Positions 1 through 11,029 of a DNA stretch of 64,000 nt are shown here, in pieces. Position 1 is the stretch's first letter. Each line of letters starts with the position of its first letter. Under the pieces are notes generated by a model. The model saw only the letters and a list, made by a program, of their open reading frames with translations, had not been told where the DNA came from and ran no database searches. The DNA lies in the NCBI GenBank assembly GCA_013239625.1, contig MU054391.1:5105824-5169823 (forward strand), in the 5' to 3' direction. The DNA comes from Lama guanicoe (taxonomy: Eukaryota). The position numbers and the translations under genes were made by a program.

Positions 1-599
1 CAGACCAGAGTGATGCGGGGGGAGGACCAGCCTCATCCACTGCACAGAACCCAGCGCACGGGGAAAACTCCTCTAAATGAGGACAATCCCGCAGTTTACA
101 AAGAGATAAACAGGAGTGAGTTTTCTCAACAGTGCAATTTTGTTCATAAATACCTGTCTGGTGACAATTAGAGTGACTTGCACAATTTTCACTTACACCT
201 CTGCTGACACTTTAACGACCGGTTTGCTTTGCATCTAGCAGAGCCTCCAACATCTAATCGCTTCCCAGGTCCTAGGAAGTCTGCGATAACTTGACGTGAA
301 TCAGAAAGACTCCTGTTTCCCTGGGGGAGGCTATGCCACGCAGGAGGGGGAGAAGCCTTTGGCCTCAGCCCCTCCAGCAAGTGAGGTCAGCGCCTGGGTG
401 GAGCCACTGGACCGTCCACATGATGACATCGTTAGATTAAGGTGAATCACAGGAATTTTCTCCCGCTGACACTCTGCTAGGAACGCGGAAAGATACGGAG
501 TCTGACTGCTCAAAGTAAGTACTTTAACGGATGAAACAGTTTCAAGTAATATCAAAAAAAATTACTCATCTGATGTAAAGAACCAAAACACTCTGGACT

Positions 600-758
600 T
601 CTTATGATTTTTTTAAAAAAGGATACAAATTAACTTTGGTTTTTTTTTTAACTAAAACATTGACATGCATTTTTTTCTCTTATGATTTTTTTAAAAAAGG
701 ATACAAATTAACTTTGGTTTTTTTTTTTTAACTAAAACATTGACATGCATTTTTTTTC
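600..758. repeat. Tandem duplication, 2 units of 78 and 81 bp
   Basis: 600-677 and 678-758 are identical except for T-run lengths (T10 vs T12, T7 vs T8). Confidence 0.95.
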
Positions 759-1154
759 TCTACAAAGAACGAGAATCACAGGATTTAGTTCTATCACACA
801 GTAAAACCCAAACTGTAGCAAAACATTAACTGACAGTGAATGCTAAAAAAGAACAATCACTTTCTGGGTTGTTCCATTATCTCCAGGAGACTGCTAAACT
901 CTAAAGATACCTGCAAACTAATGCTAAACTACATCTAAGAACCTACTAGGTACAAGGTCTATTTGTCACCTAGGGACAAGTGACCAGACGACAGAGGCAA
1001 ACTGCTAACTGTCCACTCTCAGCCATCTCTAAGTACACAGGTGCTCTCTCCTGCACACACAGCAGAACCCGCTGACGCCGATGAACACCACGCACCTGAC
1101 GCCAAAGGAATATGCAGTGAGCGAGAACGGAAAAGGCCGCTGGCTTCCGGGCCA

Positions 1155-2060
1155 TCCATTCACTCATTCCCTTTACTCCCTCGCTCGGAAAACAAGTATT
1201 TAATGAGCACCCACAATGCCCCCGGTGCTGGGGATACGCCCTGAACAAGAGAGGGTTCCCGCCGTCATGGAATTGAGGCTGCTCTGGAGAGAGAGGATAA
1301 TGAGCAAACTAACAGGTAAGTGTATCACAGCCAGACGCTGCCAGGTGCTGAGCAGAACAAAGCAGGGCGGGGAGAGGGAGGGACGGGACGGGCGAGCGTG
1401 AGCCTGGGAGCAGCCCTGCGGAGGTCTGAGGTAAGAATGTTCCAGGAGAAAGAAAACCAAGTTCACCAGCCTCGAGTGGGAAGACTGGGGAGGAGGCTGG
1501 TGTGACTGAAGCAGCTGAGTGAGGACGGGAACGTGCTGCAGACACACAGCAGCAGGGGCGGACCTGGGAGACCTCGGCAGGGCGCCGTGAGGACGCTGGC
1601 TTCCACCTGAGAGAGACTGGGAACGACCGGAGGGTGACGGGCAGAGAGCTAACTTGGTTTTGAATGGATGTATTTGGGCTCTGGGTAGAAAAGACTGGGG
1701 GGTCCCAGGGTGAGGCTAAGAGGTGGAAGGGGACGGGGGCTCAGTTGGGGGTGACAGCACAGGAGGTCTGAGGTGGACGCCGGGCATCTTCTGGTGGTAA
1801 AGACGACAGGATGCGATGATGATCCGATGATGAATTGGATACAGGGCTTGAGGCCTGAGCCCACCAAGGTTTTTGACCAGAGCAACTAATAGAAGGACAG
1901 AGCTGGCTGAGAAGGAAGGCAGGAGGAGCAGGGATTCAGTGTCAGGCAAGTCCAGTGCGAAACACCTATGAGACAACAGGGCAGAAACGTGGGGAACAGA
2001 CAGCTGGACACGTGAGTCAGGAAACAACTGAAATCCAGACTCATCACGTATCAGTGTAGA
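1155..2060 (-). mobile_element. Decayed LINE-2 3' portion
   Basis: Reverse-complement L2 tail (cattcactcatt...aagtatttaatgagcacc...gtgctggggatac) followed by typical purine-rich L2 antisense sequence. Boundaries approximate. Confidence 0.7.
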
Positions 2061-2224
2061 AGACTGGGGAGCTGTTTAATGTACCCCCAAGTTACTATTT
2101 ACAGTAAGGGGAAAATAAAATCACTGTGTGGATTAAATAAAACAGCAATATGATAGATAACTGTAAGCAGTAGCTGAGACACAGCGGATGTTTGATAAAA
2201 CCTTCATTGAATAAAAACTAGAGA

Positions 2225-2390
2225 GGGGGAGGGGGTAGCTCAGTGGTAGAGCACGTGTTTAGCATGCACAAGGTCCTGGGTTCGATCCCCAGTACCTCCG
2301 TTAAAATAAATAAGTAAATACATAAATAAAACCAATTGCCCCCAAAATAAAATGAAATAAAATAAATGTAAAAATAAATAAGTAAACACT
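2225..2390 (+). mobile_element. tRNA-Ala-derived SINE, camelid vic-1-like
   Basis: Head GGGGGAGGGGG-TAGCTCAGTGGTAGAGC (A box), ttAGCat anticodon, GGTTCGATCCC (B box), then an AAAT-rich tail. Confidence 0.9.
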
Positions 2391-2400
2391 AGAACTAAGA

Positions 2401-2615
2401 GAGAGAATGCATCCTGGTGGTTGCCAGGGGCTGGGAGGAGGTGCCAACAGAGGGAAAGCGTTTAATGTGTAAGAGGTTTGATTTTTGGGAGATGGAAATG
2501 TTTTGGAACTAGATAGAAGTGGTGTTTGCACAACATCAGGAAGGTACTGAATGCCAATGAATTTGTCATTTTAAAATGGTTAATTTCTAGATTGTGAATT
2601 TCACCTCAGTAAGTT
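2401..2615 (+). mobile_element. Old L1 (L1MB-like) 3' end
   Basis: gtggttgccaggggctgggagga...gatggaaatgttttggaactagatagaagtggtg...ttgtgaatttcacctca matches the typical L1M 3' UTR. Confidence 0.75.
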
Positions 2616-3691
2616 ATTTAAAGAAAGAATGAAATGCCAAAAAAATAAAAATAAAATAAATAAATGCTGGAACTGCTACTGAGCACAAGGCACTGGAGGG
2701 GCACAACAATTCACTGTAAAGTGCTGTCTCTGAAGGAGCTTTCTCACTAAAAGGGGAGCTAGACAGGTATGCAAATAACTATATAAAAATGTTATTAGGT
2801 GCCAGATGAGATGTTTGAAGAAACGTGTAGATAAATGAGAGAGAACTTCACACTAAGAAAACTGAGGGGAAAAACACTTCCAGCAGGAGTCTTTGCACCT
2901 GGGCCTTCAGGAGCGGGGAGGTGTGGACATGAGGGTCAGGTTGGGAGAGGGGCTCTGGGCAGGCAGCATCGGACGGGCCAAAGCATGAAGACAAGGAAGC
3001 AGTTACGTGCGGCTGCAGCATCAGACAAGACGGGCTGAGCAGCCAGGCGGGTTATCAGCTTTTTAGAGTCTTAGGACAACCTGCAGATTTCTGATACGTA
3101 TCACTATACCACGTTGCCTTGTGGACAAATAAAATCGGGGGAAAGGCTCAGGTAAGGAGGGGGACAGACGAATCAAACCACCTAACAGATCCACACCAGT
3201 CTCCTCTGGGTAACCTGAACTGCGTTAGCAGCAGCTGGGTGGAATGTTTCCCCAACCAAATGTAGGTCAAGGTGTCGGGAGCTGCTCCTGCAGGATGAAA
3301 CAGGATAGACGGAACACTGCTGTTTATGGGCTGAATAATTTACATCAGCCCCACTGACAGCACGGCCAGCCAGAGGGTGATAAAGAGCAGCAGGGGGCCT
3401 TCCAGGACTGGGCTCAGGGGGCACACGGAGAAGGGGTGAGGCTTTCCACACGGCGGGGGAGGGGGAACCAGACAGTCACACCCGAAGCTTTCAGACCAAA
3501 TGGTCCCTCCCTTCTTCTGCTGGACAGGACCATCACCTACCAAAGTACTTAGCACCGAGCAAAACACACAGCACTCGCTCAATAAACCTTAGCTCAGTGA
3601 ACACACAGGGGTAACCAGTAATAAAATACTGAGCACCTGATCACTATCTGGTTAGCTCTGCATATGTCCTTTTTTTTTTCATGTTAATAAA

Positions 3692-3847
3692 ATTTTATTT
3701 TTTTATTTTTAAAATTTTATTTTTTATCTTTTTTGGGGGGGGATAATTAGGTTTACTTGCTTGTTTCTAGAGGTGGTGCTGGGACCCTGAGCCCAGGACC
3801 CCGTGCACGCTAAGCATGCAGTCTGCCGCCTGAGCGGTACCCTCCCC
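3692..3847 (-). mobile_element. vic-1-like SINE, diverged copy
   Basis: Reverse complement reads GGGGAGGGTACCGCTCAGGCGGCAGACTGCATGCTTAGCGTGCACGGGGTCCTGGGCTCAGGGTCCCAGCACC, followed by the aacctaattatcccc motif and an A-rich tail. Confidence 0.85.
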
Positions 3848-4721
3848 TACAATATATTCTTGATTGGAATGGAAAACATGTCACATGTATCTTTTGGGGG
3901 GGATGTATTAACCAACCTTCAGCTCCACAAAAATCAACATATTCCAGTCAGAACTCATGGACTTCCTGCCCCCCAAAATCTGCTTCTGCTTCCATCTACA
4001 AGGAGGCAAGCACGTGCCCTTCTTCTTCTGTCTCAATAACATTTATGGGATAATCGAGAGAGGCTCTCCCCACTGACCTGCAGTCCCAGCATTTTCATTC
4101 TGTACGTGGACCTCCCATCTCCTGTCTGCCCCGTGGGCCTGCTTCTCTCCGCTGGCTTCTCTGACTCGTCTTCTCCCGTGTCCGCCCTACGCATTTGGCC
4201 GACGGCCGCTGCACAGATGGTGGCAGGTTTTTACACCGCACGTGCTACTTGGACGCACTCTTCTAGAGGAACTTTTCAATCAATTCGTCTAATTTCTCTC
4301 AAAACCCCAACGTGAACTGCATTACACCTACAGCTTAACCCGAGAAAAGCACCATCTTTCCAAAACTGAATGTCACTTTCAGAATAAACAAGGTGTTTCT
4401 CCAGTAAGTCTTCTTTAATTGCCGATAGTAAAGTTTTATGGTTTTTTGCACAGAGGCCCCTGCATTTCTTTTTACAGGTGTTCCTAGATATTTCATAGTT
4501 TTTATTGTTTTTGAAACTAGGGTCCTTTTTCTATTATATTTCCTAACTGGTTATGGCTGATATAAAGGGAAGGTACTGAACTGTTTTATACTCTCTTGAA
4601 CCTATCTTCTGAGGCCCACACGAAAGGGAACAATCTAGCTTTTCAACCTTTCTGCAAAATGGAGCTTCTATTAAGAGGCAGGTCCCTTTTATCTAATCAA
4701 TATTTTAAATGCACCCTGAAT

Positions 4722-4828
4722 CAACCAACCAACCTACCTACCTACCTCTCTACCTACCTCTCTACCTGCCTACCGACCTACCTACCTACCTACCAATCTA
4801 TCTACAGACACACACAGGCACACACACA
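4722..4828. repeat. Compound microsatellite (CCAA)n-(CCTA)n-(TCTA)n-(CA)n
   Basis: Imperfect tetranucleotide runs grading into CA dinucleotides, directly visible. Confidence 0.9.
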
Positions 4829-6970
4829 GCATCAGTGTTCCACACCTCGTGCAGGTAACATTGCCCTACACAGAAGAGCGCCCCTGTGATCCCTCAGCAA
4901 GAGCCTGGCTTCCCTTCCTGTGCTTCTAACTTCAGGGCAACGGGACAGCTGAGCATAAAGGACGGGTCACTCTGTTCAGTTCCATTCTCCTCAGACAGCC
5001 AGCACTTTGGACAGCTATTATATTCACTCTAATTAGGATCAAGTCAGGGTATTTTCTGTTCACGTGTTGTAAGACACTCAAGGCTTCTAAATGCTCTTGT
5101 CTCCTGCATCCATTGAAAAAAAAGAAAAGAAAAAGAGTCTTTTAACGTCACTCTGCCAGGACGGTCTCCTGGACCTTATCTGTCTCTGTCTAATCTTTAT
5201 CTGTTCAAATGTTTTCTCTTAATAGATAAAAATTACACATTGAAATTGAGAGTTTTATATTAGGTTGTCCACCTTTAAAATGCTGTGTTGGTTTTTTGCA
5301 ACATACTTAAATATTTTAAATTGTATTTAAATAAAAATTTTAACTTCAGCAGAATACTTAAAGCCATGTCACATAAAACTTTTTAACATGCATTTTGCTT
5401 TTACTGTAAACTAGCCTCTAAATTGTGGGGTCATGCAACAAGTCTTTTCCAACAGAATGGGAGAAGAAGTGGCGAGCAGGCATGCTCTCTCCTTGCTCAC
5501 ACGCGACACCAGACACACCCCTCCATCAACTTAAGAGGATTCCAGAGACCCTGAAGGAGGGCGGACCACAAGAAAGAAGACGGCTGGTTCCCTACATGAT
5601 TGTGGGGAGCAGAGGCCCCCTCCTCAGTGGTCTGTGCTGTGAGTGAGAAATAAACTTTGATAAAAAATTTCAGTGGAAATTATGTTGCTGTTTTGATAGG
5701 AGTCAGCCTATCTAGAGAGTGACAAGAGTTTAGAACAGCAGATCAGGGAAATAAAAAAGGACTAAGATTAAAACGGAGGGGTTAGGAGGACCCAGCAAAC
5801 ACGGGGTCTCACAAATTTGTACTTGGACCAGTCCATATTAATGAATTCAACTCAGCTATGTTAAATTACTTACTAAATCTGGAGGCTTAAAAATATAAGC
5901 TGTCAGTCTCTACTTTCATTATCCTAGGATGCCAACATGTGACCTGGGTTACCTCTTCAAGTTCACCAAGATTCTCATGGTGGCCCAATATAATTACTGA
6001 TTCTGCTCATCAGCTCTTTTCTTCAAGAGTTCCTGTTATTTATAAGCTAGATCACCAGCATCTACTCTCCTTTTCTGAATTCTAAGTGTATTTCTCAATT
6101 CTATTCAATATGTTAATTTGACTAACTAGTTATTTTAGTACATGTAATCAATTTTGCTTTGCCTTGGTTTTGTTTGTTCTTTCAGATGCAATTCTTCTAG
6201 AGGAGCTTTTCAATCAATTCTTTCATCCAAACCTATTTTTAAAAATCTATTTAATAGAAGTAAAAGTCCACTTTAGTCTCATTAAGTAGAAAAAGATATT
6301 TTATCTTCTTAAATTCTCATGTTTCATAACAGTGATTTTTCTCTAAGCTCATATAGCTTTGGTCCTTTTCTACTGTTGAACACTTTTTATTCTCACAGAT
6401 GTCACGATTTGTTTTGTTTCATTTTTTCCACTTACTTATCCTTAAACTGCATTTCCTGGTAATTATTTATACGTCCAGATGACCCAAGACTGACTCTAAA
6501 GCAGGTCTTCTGTATCTTGTTCAATAGAGAAAGCTGTCGGCTTGACATAAAGACTACAGAGGTTTATCTTCAACTTCTTCACTTGGTACCCAGGTGTCAG
6601 CAGGTGTCTCTTTATCCTATGGTGAGCAAGTTCATTCATAAGGATATGGACTGAATTTATCTCATAACAGACAATCAGGAAAAAGAGCCACCCAGTACCA
6701 CGGAGGGACTAAAGCTCCTTTGAAGCAATAAGTGCCAGAAGTTATTTCCACCAGTCAGTAGAACACAAATATAAGAATGTAAAACATTCCATGGAAGGGA
6801 AATGTACAGAAATAAAATACATGCTCAAGTGCCTTCTCCAGGAAAGCCAGACCGAAAAGCTAGTCCAAGGATCTTTGGTCCAAAGAAAGTCCCACAATGG
6901 GTTAAAAAGCAAGAACAAGCAATCAGATGTCACATAGAAGCTGGTGAAATGACCGTATGAAAGGGACTCC

Positions 6971-7097
6971 AAGGAAGAGAGGAGGGAAGGAGGGAAGGGG
7001 GAAGGAAGGAGGGAAGAGGGAAGGAGGGAGGGAGGGAGGGAGGGAGGGAAGGAAGGAAGGAAGGAAGGAAGGAAGGAAGGAAGGAAGGAAGGAAGGG
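6971..7097. repeat. 127-nt pure purine tract containing (GGAG)6 and (GGAA)12
   Basis: No pyrimidine from 6971 to 7097; GGAG x6 at 7023-7046 and GGAA x12 at 7047-7094. Confidence 0.95.
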
Positions 7098-7436
7098 TTA
7101 CAAGGATGCAGGCTCAAAGGGGCTGACTTTCAAAAGTTACAAGTGACTGCAGAAATTTCTATCAGAATTGGACAACGGTTTCAGTATCAGAATGTCATAT
7201 TAACAAATTTAATTGCCATATATTCAGACATTTTATATACAACAATTTTAAAAACCAGGTTATTTCTGTGAATTACATAAAAGACCACTTTTTTCAAGAA
7301 AAAAATGCTAAATTCATAAAAGAATTTTCAACTAAGAGAGTTTTTCTCTTGAACTACTAAATGCAACTAATTTTTGTCCTTTAACCAACATATTAGGAGA
7401 GAGAAACAGGCTACTGAATCAAAGTTTTCATCTTAC

Positions 7437-7532
7437 CCTGAAAAATCAGCAGAATATTGTCCATAATCAAAGATATAGACTCTAGAAATTTGGCATACTG
7501 TGAGGTATCCCAAAGCAAAGACAAAACAATAT
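7437..7532 (-). CDS. MBOAT2: MBOAT2 coding exon 4 (96 nt, phase 2 to 2)
   Basis: Branch-like actaat, acceptor cttgtttttgttttccag|ATATTG, donor TCAGG|gtaaga. Encodes (K)YCFVFALGYLTVCQISRVYIFDYGQYSADFS(G), in frame with exon 3. Confidence 0.96.
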
Positions 7533-8039
7533 CTGGAAAACAAAAACAAGCTAGATTAGTGAAATAAAAAGATTCATTTTACTAAAGAATACATTTTAAA
7601 CTAATTTATTAACTAGACGGTATGGTTCAAAAATTAAACATTACTAGATCTACTCCACAAATAGCTTTCTTCAATAAATTATAAAAACTTCACTAGTGTC
7701 TGCTTCAGTTAACTTGAATTTTATACCATCTCAACGGTAAATGCATTTAATTCCTACCTTTATTTATTTTTTCTTTCCATAAGACCTCATAATATATCTG
7801 AAGTCATGCTCACAGCATAAAACTGAATACAGTGAGTGTTTGTGTCTGTTCTATTTATTCCTCCTTCTCTCTAGAAAACAAAATCTAGCCAGAAAATATT
7901 TGGCTAAAATATACATTAAGCAAGTTCTTAATAGGGGTTTTTAAAACTTGTCCTCAATCACCTAAAATCATAAACACTTAGTGTGGATCAAGTGGTATTC
8001 ATTCACATTTTATAATCATAAACATTTAGTAATTTTCAA

Positions 8040-8430
8040 TCTTAAGAGGCATGGGAGAGAGCTGTAATAGTTAAAAATACAGTACGGGGAAGAAGAGAAT
8101 TTACGTATCAATAGAAGAGAATAGAAATACAGAAACAGAAGCTAGAATATACAACACTGCGTAAAATGGAGGCTGCAATGCAAATTAGCAGGATTGGATG
8201 AATTCTCACCAAATTTGGATGGGGAAAGGGAGCCATCCCTTCACGTAAACAATTCTATATGGATTAAAGAATTATATATACAATATGAAACGAAAACACA
8301 GTGGGGCTGTGGATAAATATTCAAGTGTTCGCAAATTGGGGGAGGACTTTCTAAACATACATAATACAGAAGAAATCAACAGAAAAAAAGCCAGTGTATT
8401 TGGCTAAGTTAAAATCTTAAACTTCTCATG
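8040..8430 (+). mobile_element. Highly decayed L1 ORF2 fragment
   Basis: atcaatagaagagaatagaaatacagaaacaga...tggattaaaga...ggactttctaaacat resembles the 3' region of L1 ORF2. Confidence 0.55.
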
Positions 8431-8662
8431 TAGATAATTCAGGTGGCTCCATAAAAGGGTTCTTTCAAACTTTGGATAATCTAAATAGGGAATTCAGATC
8501 TACTGGAATTATTTCTGAGCAAAGAAAAAGGGAGGAAAGCTTCCTAATTCAAACGATTTACAGAGCTAGTTCGTTCCTGACAGCTACAGCTGATAGAATC
8601 GCACACATGCATGTGCACACACAGCGCCGACAAAGCAAACGTCACATAATTTCTAAAAGTCA

Positions 8663-10983
8663 CGTCGCAGATTGCATTTTCCAAAGACAGCTGCAACAAC
8701 GTCCCTCCGTTCACATGTTCCTCTACAACCTGACCTTCTGTTCCCTTGTCAAGAGGAAGAGTGTTTCTCTACCCACTTTGAACCTGCGTTGGCCCCCTAA
8801 CTTAGCACTGACCAGTAGAGGATGGCAGAAGGAACACTTTGCTAGTCCTGGAGGAGTCCACAATTAGCCTGGGGGTTTCCACTTCTACCTTTTGGAAGCT
8901 GGTGGTCAGGAAAGCAGTGTGACTGTCCCAAGACCATCACGCGTAGAGTTTCTGGAGGATGAATGTGTCAGAGAGAGGGGCACCAAGGAGAGCTAAGTCT
9001 TCAGATGTGTTATGAGAAGAAGCTTACGTCAGATGAAAAAGAGGTATCAATCCATCTGAACACTTCCTGAATTCCTGACCCACAGAATCATAAGCAAGAT
9101 AATATACCAGTTTCTTTTAAGCCACTCTGTTTTGATGGAGGGACATAATCAGAACAGAAACTGGTAAGTGAAAACAGGATGCTACCTCGGGAAAAAGCTA
9201 AAACACACTCACTGGCTTTAGGATGAGTAGCAGGTGGCAGCAGGAAAGGTGTCGAGGAGATTGCCAGCAAAGACCTGGAGGGCAGTGAGGAAACCATACA
9301 GGAAACGGAGAAAGGGCAACTCAGACTGTACAGCGGCAGAACCTGAGAACTGCTGCCTGTTGAAACAGGGAACGTAAGAAACATACCCCATAAAAGGGCC
9401 AACAGGTTTCTCTGAGACGCATACAACAAGGAATGGGTAAAGAGAGAGAAACTGAAAAGGAGAAGTGTTCAGGGTTTGAGCAGAATTCAGAAAAAAATAG
9501 AAAGGACTCAGGATAGTCTTTCTGGTCAGCAAAACATCCCTACAGCAATTAGGGTAAAGATGAAGTCAAGGGTGCTCTGTGATGACACTTCAGAAAGATT
9601 TAAGGCCACATCTTCATAGGGCCTCAGATTTTAAAAAAAGAGCTTCTAAGAATCTTAAGGATATAGACCGCTTTGACTCTCTGCTAGACAGGAACACTGT
9701 CAAGAACCTTAAAGATGCTGTCCCACAGCTCTTTCTGACCAAAATAAACAAGAGACTGTCTAACAAAGATCTGTGAGTGCAGCTTCTGTCTAATGCAGGA
9801 GATTGCAATCAGATAGATAGGAAGCCCATATCATTTTTAAGGGAGTTATATGAGACTGAACTCAAAATGAAAATAGATCTCTAGGTCCCCCATTATCTAC
9901 TGTTAGGTAGCAAGCTAAGAAAACTATTTAACTGCAAAATCTGGTTATTGCCTATGAAAAAGGAAGGAAAGCTCAGGGTATGAAGTCAAGAGCCCAGTGG
10001 GTGAAGTCAAGAGCCACAGAGAACCATTTGTAGGGATTAGATCTGGGCCCTAATCACGGAGGTGATAACAGGAGTCTGTCCGGATTTCACAATTGCTATG
10101 CACCAGGGATTGCTAAGTGACCTGCATTCCTCTTTCATTTGAAAAGAAAGGTCTACCACAGTTATACTACCACTGTTCACCACTGTATACTGGGTACACC
10201 AGGGGCCTTGAACTTGACTCTAGTTTACTGGTCCTCCCATGGAGAGCTGCACTTTAAGAACCACACCCAAGAAGCCTCACCCACACTAGACCTGACTTAG
10301 ATGACAGGATAGAGATCTTGAGCTTGATGCCATGAGATAAGATGCTGGGGATCTGGGGAGGGCAGTGTATTTTTTCTGTGGGATGAATGAGTGTGAATTG
10401 TGAGGCCAGAGGACAGACTGTCTTCTGAGACCGCTGCCCCCAGGTGCAACCCTCCCTGTTGCACGTGTAGCTTGTACATCAAGAGCTGGAATATAATTCT
10501 TCTCACCATGAATCTTAATAATTTGGGTGAGACTTAATAATTTGGTTTATCAACAGAATACAATGGAAATGACTTCCTGAAACTTTAAGACTGGGTCATA
10601 GGAAGTCTTGCTGCTTCCTCCTGGGTTTCTTGGAACGTGTGTCCTTAGCAAACTCTCTCTGAGCCCAGCCACCACATGTGAGCAGCCCGAGCCCACGTGG
10701 AGAGGCAACGTGTCGGTGCTCCAGTCAATAATGCCCACTGATCTCCCAGACAACAGCCAGTATCAACGGCCAGCCTTAGAAGGAACCCTCTTGGATGTCA
10801 AGCAGTCATGCTTTCAAATAACTGCAGTTCCAGCCAATATTTAGGAACAACTGCATGAGACCCCAAGCAAACACTGTCCAGCTGACTCTACTCAACACAT
10901 AGAACCATGAAAAACAATAATAAAGTGTTGTTAAGCCACTAAATTTGGGGTGGTTTGTCATGCTGCAATAAATAACTGAAATA
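8663..10983 (+). mobile_element. MaLR (MLT1G/H-like) LTR-internal-LTR element
   Basis: LTR about 8663-9156 (cgtcgcagattgcattttccaaaga...ttaagccact...agaaca). Internal region about 9157-10418, ending in gaggccagaggacagac. Second LTR about 10419-10983 (...taagccactaaatttggggtggtttgtcatgctgcaataaataactgaaata). Confidence 0.75.
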
Positions 10984-11029
10984 ATTCCTTAATAAGACTT
11001 TAGAACACTAAAACTAATTGTAATTTAAA

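Noticed and set aside
191..322. Minus-strand ctcccccag...gtaagt pair that might be MBOAT2 exon 5
   Set aside because: The 124-nt interval does not encode the expected continuation (PMMIITQK...) and would shift the frame. It is probably a pseudo-exon.
2225..2300. tRNA-Ala(AGC)-like sequence, also at 53153, 13250, 3770 and 41109
   Set aside because: All carry AT-rich SINE tails, three have clear target-site duplications, and the stems are degenerate. These are SINEs, not tRNA genes.
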